Source: an uncultured Armatimonadetes bacterium
Lineage (GTDB): Bacteria > Armatimonadota > Hebobacteria > Hebobacterales > Hebobacteraceae
Assembly (NCBI GenBank): GCA_963716175.1
Contig: OY970296.1
Span: 960,001 to 1,024,000, forward strand
Length of the DNA: 64,000 nt
Direction: 5' to 3'
Program-made: the position numbers and the translations under genes
Notes under the pieces: model-generated
The model's input: only the letters and a program-made list of their open reading frames with translations
Told to the model about the DNA's origin: nothing
Databases searched by the model: none
In this document: positions 1 to 9,528 of the stretch, piece by piece
How positions within the stretch are numbered: the stretch's first letter is position 1
Layout of the letters: every line of letters begins with the position of its first letter

Positions 1-1065
1 GTGCGCGAGGCGGAGGCCGAACTCGAGCGCTTCGCCCTCCAGATCCCCAATCTGCCCGACGCCTCCACGCCAGATGGCACCACTGAGGAGGAGAATGTCA
101 TCGTCCGGGAATGGGGCGAGCCTCGCCACTTCGACTTCGAGCCCAAGCCCCACTGGGAGATCGGCGTCAACCTCGACATCATTGACTTCGAGCGCGCCAC
201 CAAGATCGCGGGCGCGAAGTTCGACGTGTTCAAGGGCGCGGGCGCGCTGCTGCGGCGGGCCCTGATCAACTTCATGCTCGATCTGCACACCAAGGAGCAC
301 GGCTACACGGAGATCGCCCCTCCCATCCTGGCGCGGCGCGATTCCCTGATCGCCTCCGGGCATCTCCCGAAGTTCGAGGACGACCAATTCCACGTCCGGG
401 AGAACGATATGTTCCTGATCCCCACCGCGGAATCGGCGCTCGTCAACCTCCACCGGGAGGAGATCCTCGACGGAGCCAGCCTCCCCCGACGCTACGTCGC
501 CTATACGCCGTGCTTTCGATACGAGAAGGTCGGCGCCGGCAAAGAGTCCCGCGGCCTCATCCGCCAGTACCAGTTCGACAAAGTCGAGATGTTCAAGTTC
601 GTCCTGCCCGAGACTTCGTTCGATGAGCTGGAATCAATGGTGAGCAATGCCGAGGCGGTCTACCGGCGGCTGGGCCTGCCCTATCGGCTGGCCCTGATGT
701 GCGCCGGGGAGATGGCGATGGCCGCGGCCAAGGCCTATGACCCCATGGCCTGGTTTCCGGGCACCGGAAAGTGGCTGGAGCTGAGTTCCTGCTCCAACTG
801 CCTGGATTGGCAGGCCCGCCGCGCCAATGTCCGCTTCCGCCGGGAGAGGGGTGCCCGTCCCGCCACACGGCCGGCGGGTTCACCCGCCGGCCGTGTGGCG
901 GGTAAACCCGAGTTCGTCCACACCCTCAACGGCTCCGGCCTCGCCGTCGGCCGCACCCTGGCCTGCGTGCTGGAGAACTACCAGCAGGAGGACGGGAGCG
1001 TCCTGGTGCCGGAGGCGCTGGTTGAGTACATGGGCGGGATGAGGATCGTTGGAAAGGAGAAGTAA
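1..1065 (+). CDS. serS: Seryl-tRNA synthetase, 5' part outside the window
   Basis: Class IIa SerRS motifs: IPNLPD, LIPTAE, YTPCFR, GLIRQYQFDKVE, ELSSCSNC, HTLNGSGLAVGRT, ENYQQEDGSV. Contains a 16-codon palindromic insert. Confidence 0.97.
   Translation: MREAEAELERFALQIPNLPDASTPDGTTEEENVIVREWGEPRHFDFEPKPHWEIGVNLDIIDFERATKIAGAKFDVFKGAGALLRRALINFMLDLHTKEHGYTEIAPPILARRDSLIASGHLPKFEDDQFHVRENDMFLIPTAESALVNLHREEILDGASLPRRYVAYTPCFRYEKVGAGKESRGLIRQYQFDKVEMFKFVLPETSFDELESMVSNAEAVYRRLGLPYRLALMCAGEMAMAAAKAYDPMAWFPGTGKWLELSSCSNCLDWQARRANVRFRRERGARPATRPAGSPAGRVAGKPEFVHTLNGSGLAVGRTLACVLENYQQEDGSVLVPEALVEYMGGMRIVGKEK
859..902. repeat. Perfect 21-bp inverted repeat lying in frame inside serS
   Basis: Arm cccgccacacggccggcgggt (859-879), spacer tc, exact reverse complement at 882-902. 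Confidence 0.95.
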
Positions 1066-1066
1066 T

Positions 1067-1097
1067 CGGCGGGCATGCGAAGACATGCCCGCCCTAC
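1067..1097 (-). repeat. GTAG-type REP palindrome, copy 1
   Basis: Reverse complement reads gtagggcgggcatgtcttcgcatgcccgccg; five related copies in the window. Confidence 0.9.
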
Positions 1098-1116
1098 AGG
1101 AGATGAGGGGGTAGAT

Positions 1117-1974
1117 ATGCGGTTCTCAGAGCGATACGGGTTCACACAACCTAGGCAAGCAATCCAGAAAGACGACATGGACGCCGCTCTCAGGAATCGC
1201 CTCTGGGACGCGGTTCACCTTTGGTATCTTTCCGGATGGGTAGAGAGCGGCGTGGATGTCACAGAGCTTGAAGACTCGACCCACGCGCTCTTGTTCCAGT
1301 TGTGGCACTCCTTGTTCAAGATCCCGTGGGACGGAATAGCAGATTCATCCACTGAGCACGTTCGGGATGAGATCCGTAGGCGGTTCTTCGCGTGTGCGTG
1401 GTGGGAGGTGTACAACCTCCTTGAGTTTCTGGCGGCGAACTTAGGCGCGTCCCAGGAAGATTTTTTCTCCATGTGCAATCGCGTACTGGAGGAGGAGAAG
1501 TCAGCTTACCGCTTCGTTGGAACAGAGATAGCGCCCATCACCTCGGAGGAGGAGATCGCTGCCATAGAGGCCGCCTTGTCTGACACCGAGGGCCTTCCTG
1601 CTGTGCGTGCCCACCTGCAGACAACTCTGCAGCTCTTCGCAGATCGCAAGGAGCCAGATTACAGGAACTCGATCAAGGAGGCGATAAGCGCGGTTGAGTC
1701 CCTGGCGCGGCTGATCTGTGGCAAGGAGAAGGCGACGCTTGGCGATGCGCTGAAGCGGATCGAGAAGCACACGAAGGTCGGCCTTCATCCCGCACTCAAA
1801 GCCGCCTTCGAGAAGCTCTATGGCTACACCAGCGATGAGCACGGCATCAGGCACGCCATGACAGAGGATGCAAATGTCGGCCAGGCCGAGGCCCAGTACA
1901 TGCTGGTGGCGTGCTCGGCATTCGTCTCATACCTCATTGCGAAGGCCGCGGAAGCCGGGATTGACCTTGCGTGA
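1117..1974 (+). CDS. AbiJ-NTD4-like protein with putative HEPN-type C-terminus (possible abortive-infection/defence gene)
   Basis: N-terminal MRFSERYG...LRNRLWD and WWEVYNLLEF; C-terminal DYRNSIKEAISAVES...LYGYTSDEHGIRHA. GAGGGG RBS upstream. Confidence 0.65.
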   Translation: MRFSERYGFTQPRQAIQKDDMDAALRNRLWDAVHLWYLSGWVESGVDVTELEDSTHALLFQLWHSLFKIPWDGIADSSTEHVRDEIRRRFFACAWWEVYNLLEFLAANLGASQEDFFSMCNRVLEEEKSAYRFVGTEIAPITSEEEIAAIEAALSDTEGLPAVRAHLQTTLQLFADRKEPDYRNSIKEAISAVESLARLICGKEKATLGDALKRIEKHTKVGLHPALKAAFEKLYGYTSDEHGIRHAMTEDANVGQAEAQYMLVACSAFVSYLIAKAAEAGIDLA

Positions 1975-1981
1975 TCCTCCT

Positions 1982-2012
1982 GTAGGGCGGGCATGTCTCC
2001 GCATGCCCGCCG
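1982..2012 (+). repeat. GTAG-type REP palindrome, copy 2
   Basis: gtagggcgggcatgtctccgcatgcccgccg, directly upstream of the RAYT gene. Confidence 0.9.
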
Positions 2013-2019
2013 TCGGAGT

Positions 2020-2520
2020 ATGGCTGGCATGACGAACCCCGGCACCGAAGACCACCTCCCGCAGCGCAAGCACCTCCGCCGCCTGGAGCGCATCACCGTC
2101 CCCGGGGCGCCTCTGTTCTTCCTGACGGCCTGCGTCAGGGGGCGCCTCCCGCTGCTGGCCGAGCCGCAGGTTGCCGATATCCTGGCACGGGCCTGGCGGC
2201 ACTCTCAAATGGCTCACGGCTGGCTGGTCGGACGATACGTCATCATGCCCGATCATGTACACTTCTTCGCCTCGCCCATGGGCGAAGTGGCAAAAGACCT
2301 GGCGCGGTTCATGAACTACTGGAAGCGGAGCACCGCCATCAGGGTCCGCAAGCAGCTTCTGCGCCGGTTCTCCTGGCAGACTGAGTTCTTCGATCACCTC
2401 TTGCGCAGCGACGAGTCATATGAGGAGAAGTGGACATATGTCTGGCACAACCCCGTGCGAGCCGGATTGGTGACCGACCCGTCCGACTGGCCATACCAGG
2501 GCGAGATCAACGTGATCTGA
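2020..2520 (+). mobile_element. REP-associated tyrosine transposase (RAYT/TnpA-REP, Y1 HUH family)
   Basis: FFLTAC, YVIMPDHVHFF (HUH), WQTEFFDHLLR, YVWHNPVRAGLV..DWPY; flanked by inverted REPs. Confidence 0.9.
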
Positions 2521-2531
2521 GCTCCCCCGAG

Positions 2532-2591
2532 CGGCGGGCATGCGCCCTGCTCTGCCAAGGCTTCGCAACACAGGCGACATGCCCGCCCTAC
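2532..2591 (-). repeat. GTAG-type REP copy 3 with an insertion in its loop
   Basis: cggcgggcatgcg-[ccctgctctgccaaggcttcgcaacacaggc]-gacatgcccgccctac. Confidence 0.85.
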
Positions 2592-3421
2592 AGGACCCAC
2601 CTCTCCCCAGGCGCGATGATGTGCAAGCGCTTATCTGCGTTCTCGATCAGCGCCGCTACCTCGGCCGGGTCGTGGTCATAGGCGGAGTGGCCGGGGGCGT
2701 CGTAGCTGCCAAAGTGGTGGGCGATGATGTGGGGGGCGCCGGTGGCGTTGGCCAGGCGCGCCGCGTTCTCGGTCCCGAAGTGGTAATCGCAGTTCGAGAC
2801 ATTGAGCAGCAGCACGTCAATGCCGCTCATCCTCAGGTGCTCCTCCATCAGGCGGCTGTCACCCGGGTGCCAGATGCTCCCATCCGGAGTGGAGACGACG
2901 AACCCGCAGCAATCGTCCCGCCCCCAGGGCGGGCCCCACTCCGGGTTCTGCTCCTGCCAGGGATGATCGGCGGGAGTGGCTGTGATCTGCACGTGCCTGA
3001 ACACGAACCGCTGACCGGCCCGCACCACCTGGACCCGGTCATCCGGGACCCCCAGCTTAGCCAGCACCCCGGCCACTGGCGCTGTCCCCACGAACAAGGC
3101 ACCGGTCCGGATCAACTCCGGCGCCGTCTTCGGCCCCAGGTGGTCCTCATCGGCATGGGTGTAGAGCACCAGATCGAGCCGCGGCACCTGCGAGGCGACG
3201 ATGGGGAAAGGCACCAGCATCCGGTAGCCCATCTCCATCACGCCGGGCGCCGTCGGGTCCTGCCAGATCACCGGATCTATCATCACCAAGGTGCCGCGGG
3301 CATTGATCAGGAACCCGGCATTGGTCAGCCACCACAAGGCCGTCTCCTGAAATGGCGCGAATGCCTCCGCACCCATGGGCCGGGTGGAGGGAGCGATAAC
3401 CTGGGAGTGGAAAGAGCACAC
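2588..3421 (-). CDS. MBL-fold metallo-hydrolase (UlaG/Lactamase_B_2-like)
   Basis: LWWLTNAGFLI, THADEDH, HPGDS, HHFGSY. GTG start chosen after a GGAG RBS; the longer ORF overlaps purS. Confidence 0.85.
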   Translation of the reverse strand: MCSFHSQVIAPSTRPMGAEAFAPFQETALWWLTNAGFLINARGTLVMIDPVIWQDPTAPGVMEMGYRMLVPFPIVASQVPRLDLVLYTHADEDHLGPKTAPELIRTGALFVGTAPVAGVLAKLGVPDDRVQVVRAGQRFVFRHVQITATPADHPWQEQNPEWGPPWGRDDCCGFVVSTPDGSIWHPGDSRLMEEHLRMSGIDVLLLNVSNCDYHFGTENAARLANATGAPHIIAHHFGSYDAPGHSAYDHDPAEVAALIENADKRLHIIAPGERWVL

Positions 3422-3571
3422 GCGAGAGGTCTCCAAGGATGTTGGGGTTGGGATTCGCAGGGCGGGAAGGTGTCTCCTGCTGGCGGCACGAAGGGATTCC
3501 CGCGGGGGCAGAGAAGACCCTGGCGGGATGGCGGGGTTTCCACCAAGGTCGCAGGGCAGGAGAGGTACGCA

Positions 3572-3814
3572 ATGGCCAAGGCGAGGGTGATCATCACTCT
3601 GAAGAGGACCATCATGGACGCCCAGGGGCAGACGGTGGAGAATGCTCTGCACAACCTGGGCTATCAGGGCGTGCAGAACGTGCGCATCGGCAAGTACGTC
3701 GAGATGGAGGTCAACGGCGCGCCCAGGGCGCAGCTGCAGGCGCAATTGGACGAGATGTGCCGCCAGCTGCTGGCCAACCCGATCATCGAAGATTTCCGCT
3801 TCGAGATCGAATAG
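3572..3814 (+). CDS. purS: Phosphoribosylformylglycinamidine synthase subunit PurS
   Basis: DAQGQTV..L...VRIGKY...[14 protein letters not shown]; AGGAG RBS; lies upstream of purQ. Confidence 0.95.
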   Translation: MAKARVIITLKRTIMDAQGQTVENALHNLGYQGVQNVRIGKYVEMEVNGAPRAQLQAQLDEMCRQLLANPIIEDFRFEIE

Positions 3815-3815
3815 C

Positions 3816-4562
3816 ATGAGCGCCGCCACAAGACTGCGTGATAACCGGCTGGGAGCCGGTGCCACCTCCAAGATGCGCTTCGGCGTCGTCGTCTTCCCCG
3901 GCTCCAACTGCGACACCGATGCCTGGCACGCCCTGCACGATCAGATGGGCGCGCCGGTGGACTACATTTGGCACCAGCAGACGGATGTCAGCGGCTTCGA
4001 CTGCATCATCCTGCCCGGCGGTTTCAGCTATGGCGATTACCTCCGCACCGGGGCGGTGGCGCGGTTCTCGCCGGTGATGAACGCGGTGGCGGACTTCGCC
4101 GGCCGGGGCGGGCTGGTGCTCGGCATCTGCAACGGCTTCCAGATCCTCTGTGAGGCCGCCCTGGTGCCTGGCGCCATGATGCGCAACGCCGGACAGAAGT
4201 TCGTCTGTAAGTACGTCAACATCCGAGTCGAGACCACGGACACTCCGTTTACCCGCGCCATGCAGAAGGGCGCGGTGCTGCGCATTCCCATCGCCCACGG
4301 CGAAGGCAACTACTACTGCGATGACGCCATCCTCGCCGAGCTCAAGCGGAACGACCGGATCGTCTTCCGCTACTGCACCCCGCAGGGAGAGATCAGCCCA
4401 GAGTCAAACCCGAACGGGGCACTGGACAACATCGCGGGCATCTGCAATCGCGAGCGCAACGTGCTGGGCATGATGCCCCATCCTGAGCGTTGCTCCGACC
4501 CGATATTGGGTTCTGCGGATGGGCGCCTGGTGTGGGAGAGCCTAATGCGGGGGAGCAGGTGA
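3816..4562 (+). CDS. purQ: FGAM synthase glutaminase subunit PurQ (alternative start 3873)
   Basis: [44 protein letters not shown]. Confidence 0.96.
   Translation: MSAATRLRDNRLGAGATSKMRFGVVVFPGSNCDTDAWHALHDQMGAPVDYIWHQQTDVSGFDCIILPGGFSYGDYLRTGAVARFSPVMNAVADFAGRGGLVLGICNGFQILCEAALVPGAMMRNAGQKFVCKYVNIRVETTDTPFTRAMQKGAVLRIPIAHGEGNYYCDDAILAELKRNDRIVFRYCTPQGEISPESNPNGALDNIAGICNRERNVLGMMPHPERCSDPILGSADGRLVWESLMRGSR
3844..3865 (-). repeat. Second REP-like palindrome (GTGG type)
   Basis: Reverse complement gtggcaccggctcccagccggt; 7-bp stem, 3-nt loop; single copy in the window. Confidence 0.5.
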
Positions 4563-6775
4563 TGGCGATCGAACCGCGCATGTGGCGAGAGCTGGGCCTG
4601 AGCGATCAGGAGTTCGAGCGCATCGTCGCCACCATCGGGCGAGATCCCACACCGACCGAGCTGGCGATGTTCTCGGTGGAATGGTCCGAGCACTGCGGCT
4701 ACCCGCGCAGCCGGCCGCTGCTGGGCCTGCTTCCCAAGGAGGGCAAGTACGCCAGCCGCGCGCTGGGCGAGGACGCGGGCGGCATCGAGGTGGCCCCGAA
4801 CCTGACCGTGCTGTTCAAGATGGAAAGCCACAACCACCCCAGCCAGGTGGAGCCATTCCAGGGCGCGGCCACCGGAGTCGGCGGCATCATCCGCGATATC
4901 TTCACCATGGGTGCGCGGCCCATCGCGGTGCTCGATCCCTTGCGCTTCGGCGAGCTGGACGAGCCCCGCGCGCGCTACCTGCTCCGGGGAGTGGTGAGCG
5001 GCATCGCCTTCTACGGCAACTGCCTGGGCGTGCCCACCATCGGCGGAGAGCTGAGATTCGAGGAGCCCTACCGCGGCAACTGCCTCGTGAATGTGATGGC
5101 GGTAGGCGTGGTGGAGACCGACAAGATTGCCACCAGCCGGGCCACTGGAGTGGGCAACCCGGTGATCGTCGTCGGGAACTCCACCGGCCGGGACGGCATC
5201 GGTGGCGCCAGCATCCTCGCCAGCCACGAGTTCGGCGAAGGAGAAGAGAAGCGCCCCACGGTGCAGATCGGCGATCCCTTCACGGAGAAGTGCCTGATCG
5301 AGGCCTGCCTGGAGGCATTGCAGGGCGGCGCCATCGTGGGGATCAAGGACATGGGCGCCGCGGGCATCACCTGCACCACCTGCGAGATGTCGGCCGCCGG
5401 CGGCTACGGCATGGAGGTGGAGCTGCAGAAGGTGCCGCGCCGCGAGCCCGGCATGGAGCCCTGGGAGCTGATGATGTCCGAGTCCCAGGAGCGGATGCTG
5501 ATAGTGGCCCAGAAGGGGCGAGAGCAGGAGGTCATCCGCATCTTCGACAAGTGGGGCCTGAACGCGGTGATCGTCGGGCAAGTCACCGAGGACGGCGTCC
5601 TGCGCATCCGTGACAACGGCGAAGTCGTTGCGGAGCTCGACGCGAAGACTCTGGCCAGCCCGCCGGTGTACCACCTGCCATATGAGGAGCCGGCGTACTA
5701 TCGAGCAGTCCAGTCGGCCGACCTGTCGCGGCTGCCGCTGCCGGGAGACATGAGCGGGGTGCTGCGCGACCTGCTCGCCAGCCCCAATATCGCCAGCGCA
5801 GAATGGGTATATCAACAGTACGACCACATGGTGCAGACCAACACCGTCGTTGCCCCGGGAGCGGACGCGGCGGTGCTTCAGTTGAAGGGGTACCGGCAGG
5901 GCATTGCCATCACCACTGATGGCAATGGTCGTTACTGCTACCTGGACCCCTACCTGGGGGCGCAGCTGGTGGTGGCGGAGGCGGCCCGGAACCTGGTGTG
6001 TGTCGGCGCCGAACCCGCGGGCGTCACGGACTGCCTCAATTTCGGAAACCCGGAGAAGCCGGACCGCTTCTGGCAGTTCCGCCGCTGCGTCGAGGGGCTC
6101 GCAGATGCTTGCAGGGCCTTCGGGCTGCCCGTGGTGAGCGGCAACGTCAGCTTCTACAATGAGACCCCGGAGACCGCGGTCTATCCCACCCCCGTGCTGG
6201 GCATGGTGGGCGTGCTCGACGATGTGCGCAAGCACTGCACCATCGGTTTCAAGCGCCCGGGAGACGTGATTCTCCTGCTGGGCGAGACGCGGGAGGACCT
6301 GGGCGGCAGCGAGTACCTGAAGCGCTTCCACCATCAGGTGACAGGCCGGCCGCCGGCCCTGAACCTGGAGCTGGAGAAGCGAGTGCAGACCGTCTGCCTG
6401 GAGGCGATTCGCGCGGGTTTGGCGAGTTCAGCGCATGATTGCTCTGACGGCGGGCTGGCGGTGGCGCTGGCGGAGTGCTGCATCTGGGGAGGGCTCGGAG
6501 CCAAGGTCAGACTTCCCGAGAGCGACGTCCGGCTGGACGCGCAGCTTTTCGGCGAATCGCCCTCCCGCATCTTGGTCTCGGCCCGACCCGCCAAGGCCAG
6601 GCGGATCAAGACCGCGGCTGAAGCACAAGACGTGGCGGTCTGGGAGCTGGGACGGGTGGAGGGAGACCAGATGGTGATCGCGGAGAAGCGCAAGCGGAAC
6701 CCGCTGCTCGCGCTCGGAGTGGCCGAGATGGAGCGGATCTGGCGCTCTGCCATCAGGTCATTGGTGGAGCAGTGA
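4562..6775 (+). CDS. purL: FGAM synthase subunit PurL
   Basis: WSEHC, ESHNHPS, GAATGVGGIIRDIF, DMGAAG, MSESQERM, TDCLNFGNPE, VSGNVSFYN, AHDCSDGG. Confidence 0.97.
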   Translation: MAIEPRMWRELGLSDQEFERIVATIGRDPTPTELAMFSVEWSEHCGYPRSRPLLGLLPKEGKYASRALGEDAGGIEVAPNLTVLFKMESHNHPSQVEPFQGAATGVGGIIRDIFTMGARPIAVLDPLRFGELDEPRARYLLRGVVSGIAFYGNCLGVPTIGGELRFEEPYRGNCLVNVMAVGVVETDKIATSRATGVGNPVIVVGNSTGRDGIGGASILASHEFGEGEEKRPTVQIGDPFTEKCLIEACLEALQGGAIVGIKDMGAAGITCTTCEMSAAGGYGMEVELQKVPRREPGMEPWELMMSESQERMLIVAQKGREQEVIRIFDKWGLNAVIVGQVTEDGVLRIRDNGEVVAELDAKTLASPPVYHLPYEEPAYYRAVQSADLSRLPLPGDMSGVLRDLLASPNIASAEWVYQQYDHMVQTNTVVAPGADAAVLQLKGYRQGIAITTDGNGRYCYLDPYLGAQLVVAEAARNLVCVGAEPAGVTDCLNFGNPEKPDRFWQFRRCVEGLADACRAFGLPVVSGNVSFYNETPETAVYPTPVLGMVGVLDDVRKHCTIGFKRPGDVILLLGETREDLGGSEYLKRFHHQVTGRPPALNLELEKRVQTVCLEAIRAGLASSAHDCSDGGLAVALAECCIWGGLGAKVRLPESDVRLDAQLFGESPSRILVSARPAKARRIKTAAEAQDVAVWELGRVEGDQMVIAEKRKRNPLLALGVAEMERIWRSAIRSLVEQ

Positions 6776-6922
6776 CCGGATCGCTTTTCCGACAAGGGTT
6801 CATCTGGGAGTGAGCGAAGCAGGAGCGCGACCCGTGTTTGTGGTAGGCCTAGTGTGGTCCAGTAGGAGTTGAACCTAGGCGGCAACGGGGAGAGAGTTAC
6901 TCGCCTCTGGCGAGGAGACCTA

Positions 6923-8431
6923 ATGGTAGGGCATGAACCGCTCCTCGCGCGCCCCGAGGCGCGTGAGGCGTGTGGTGTTTTCGGCATCTATGCGCCCGGC
7001 GAAGACGTGTCCCGGCTCACCTTCTTCGGGCTATTTGCGCTCCAGCACCGAGGCCAGGAGAGCGCGGGGATCGCAGTATCCGACGGGCACCGCATCACCG
7101 CTTACCGGGAGATGGGCCTGGTCTCCCAGGTATTCGACGAGGACACCCTGGGGCGACTCCGCGGCGACTTGGCGATCGGGCATACTCGCTACTCTACCAC
7201 CGGATCCAGCACTCTCGCCAACGCACAACCCATGGTCGCCGAGTGGAGCGGAGGGAAAGTCGCGCTCGCCCACAACGGAAACCTGGTCAATGCCGTGGCC
7301 CTGCGTGCGGAGCTGGAGGCGGAAGGCGAGACCTTCGATGCCAGCAGCGACAGCGAGATCATGCTCAAGATGGTGGTGCGCGCGGCTGGCAGGCACGGCA
7401 GCGTCGAGCGGGCCGTGGTCGAGTGTATGCCCAAGTGGGAAGGCGCATACTCGCTGACCATCCTGACCGAGCAGGCCGTGATGGCGGTGCGCGACCCGTA
7501 CGGGGTGCGCCCGCTCTGCATCGGGAGGCTGAACGGCGAGGCCACCGTCTTCGCGTCAGAGAGCTGCGCTCTCAGCGTGATCGGCGCCAGATTGGTGCGC
7601 GAGGTCGAGCCCGGCGAGATCGTGGTGGTGGACAAGAACGGGATGCGTGCCTACCAGGCGGCGCCGAGCACCAGGGCCGCGCTCTGCGTCTTCGAGTACA
7701 TCTACATGGCGCGCCCGGACAGCGAGATCGGGGAGCACTTGGTGCACGAGGTGAGGAGACGGCTGGGGATGCAGCTCGCGGAGGACAGCCCCGTGGAGGC
7801 GGACGTTGTAATACCAGTGCCTGACACGGGGTGGCCGGCAGCGATCGGGTATGCGGAGCGCTCGGGCATACCGTTTGGCGAGGGCCTGATCAGGAACCGC
7901 TACATCCCTCGCACTTTCATCCAGCCGGACCAGCGTCTACGGGAGCTGGGAGTGAAGATCAAGCTGAACCCATTGCGCGTTGCCCGATATGGGCCGGCGG
8001 GCCCACTGGCAGGCAAGCGGGTGGCGGTGGTGGACGATTCTATCGTCCGGGGAACGACTAAGCGCCAGATTATCGGCATCCTCCGGGATGCGGGCGCGAA
8101 GGAAGTGCACGTGCGGATCAGCGCCCCACCATACAAGTGGCCGTGCTACTACGGAGTTGACACCAGCAACCGCTCCGAGCTGATCGCAGCTCGCGCCAGC
8201 ACCATAGAGGAGATTCGTGATGCTATCGGCGCAGACAGCCTGGGCTATCAATCCGTAGAGGGGCTGCTGAAGGGCTTGGGCATCTCTCGGCGGGAGCTCT
8301 GCCTGGCCTGCTTCACCGGCGACTATCCCATTCCCATACCGAAGGATGTGAAGCTGAGCAAACTCGACCTGGAGGAGCGGGCGTGGCGAGGCCGCGCGGA
8401 CGCGCCGCAAACAAGAGCAGCAGACCACTGA
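6923..8431 (+). CDS. purF: Amidophosphoribosyltransferase
   Basis: EACGVFG, QHRGQESAG, GHTRYST, AHNGNL, VDDSIVRGTT, CYYGVD, CLACF. Confidence 0.97.
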   Translation: MVGHEPLLARPEAREACGVFGIYAPGEDVSRLTFFGLFALQHRGQESAGIAVSDGHRITAYREMGLVSQVFDEDTLGRLRGDLAIGHTRYSTTGSSTLANAQPMVAEWSGGKVALAHNGNLVNAVALRAELEAEGETFDASSDSEIMLKMVVRAAGRHGSVERAVVECMPKWEGAYSLTILTEQAVMAVRDPYGVRPLCIGRLNGEATVFASESCALSVIGARLVREVEPGEIVVVDKNGMRAYQAAPSTRAALCVFEYIYMARPDSEIGEHLVHEVRRRLGMQLAEDSPVEADVVIPVPDTGWPAAIGYAERSGIPFGEGLIRNRYIPRTFIQPDQRLRELGVKIKLNPLRVARYGPAGPLAGKRVAVVDDSIVRGTTKRQIIGILRDAGAKEVHVRISAPPYKWPCYYGVDTSNRSELIAARASTIEEIRDAIGADSLGYQSVEGLLKGLGISRRELCLACFTGDYPIPIPKDVKLSKLDLEERAWRGRADAPQTRAADH

Positions 8432-9441
8432 CCTACCGCGACGCCGGGGTGGATATCGCCCTCAAGTACGCAGCCGTGGAGGAGGCAAAGCCGGCGATCC
8501 GCGCTACCTTCACGCCCCAGGTGGCCAGCGATGTGGGTGCCTTCGGGGCCATGTTCTCACTCGCGGGATTGGCCAGCAGGGACAGCCTCTTGGTCGCCAG
8601 CGTTGACAGTGTGGGCACCAAGCTGATGGTAGCCAGCATGGTCGGCCGCCACCACACGGTGGGGCAAGACATTGTGGCTCACTGTGTCAACGACATCCTG
8701 GTGCAGGGAGCGCGGCCGCTGTTCTTCATGGATTACATCGCGGCCGGCAAGCTCACCCGAGAGCTGATCGTCGAGGTGCTGGAGGGCCTGGCCGCAGGCT
8801 GCCGAGAGGCAGGATGCGCGCTGATAGGCGGCGAGGTGGCCGAATTGCCGGGGGTCTACCGGGACGGGGAATACGATCTCGCCGGCTTCATCGTCGGAAC
8901 GGTGGAGCGGGAGAAGGCCATCCGCGGGGATCGCGTGGCGCCGGGCGATGTCCTCATCGGCCTCGCCTCCAATGGCATGCACACCAACGGTTACTCCCTC
9001 GCCCGTAAGCTCTTCTTCGAGATCGCCGGCCTGCCCGTGGACCAGTACCTGCCAGCCCTGGACCGCACCATCGGCGAGGAGCTGATGCGGGTGCACCGCT
9101 GCTATGCCCCCGCGGTGCTGCCCCTGCTTGACGAGCTGGAGGTGAAGGGCATGGCCCACATCACCGGCGGGGGCCTGCCGGACAATCTGGTGCGCTGCCT
9201 GCCCGAGGGCTGCCAGGCCGTGGTCCAGCGCAAGAGCTGGCACGTGCCGGCCATCTTCGAGCTGATCGGGGATCTGGGGCGGGTGACGGAGCAGGAAATG
9301 TACCACACCTTCAACATGGGCGTGGGCCTGGTGTTGATTGTGGCCGAGGAGTTGGCGGAGGCGGCCGCCTCCAGTCTCTCCGCCCACGGAGAGACCGCCT
9401 ATCGCATCGGCCGGGTGGAGGCGGAGAGCGCGGCGTTGTGA
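8383..9441 (+). CDS. purM: Phosphoribosylformylglycinamidine cyclo-ligase
   Basis: TYRDAGVDI, DSVGTK, HCVNDI..QGARPLFF, SNGMHTNGYSL, HITGGG, TFNMGVG. Confidence 0.96.
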   Translation: MARPRGRAANKSSRPLTYRDAGVDIALKYAAVEEAKPAIRATFTPQVASDVGAFGAMFSLAGLASRDSLLVASVDSVGTKLMVASMVGRHHTVGQDIVAHCVNDILVQGARPLFFMDYIAAGKLTRELIVEVLEGLAAGCREAGCALIGGEVAELPGVYRDGEYDLAGFIVGTVEREKAIRGDRVAPGDVLIGLASNGMHTNGYSLARKLFFEIAGLPVDQYLPALDRTIGEELMRVHRCYAPAVLPLLDELEVKGMAHITGGGLPDNLVRCLPEGCQAVVQRKSWHVPAIFELIGDLGRVTEQEMYHTFNMGVGLVLIVAEELAEAAASSLSAHGETAYRIGRVEAESAAL

Positions 9442-9528
9442 TCGTGTGAGTCGCAGGAGAGGCAGGCGGGATGGCGAAGCTGAGAGCGGCACAATCCTCA
9501 CAGGGGGTACACGAACATTAACCGCACC

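Noticed and set aside
4370-6334. Long antisense or alternate-frame ORFs (also 15051-16730, 23817-25826, 47411-49006 and others)
   Set aside because: Shadow ORFs of high-GC genes with no recognisable motifs.
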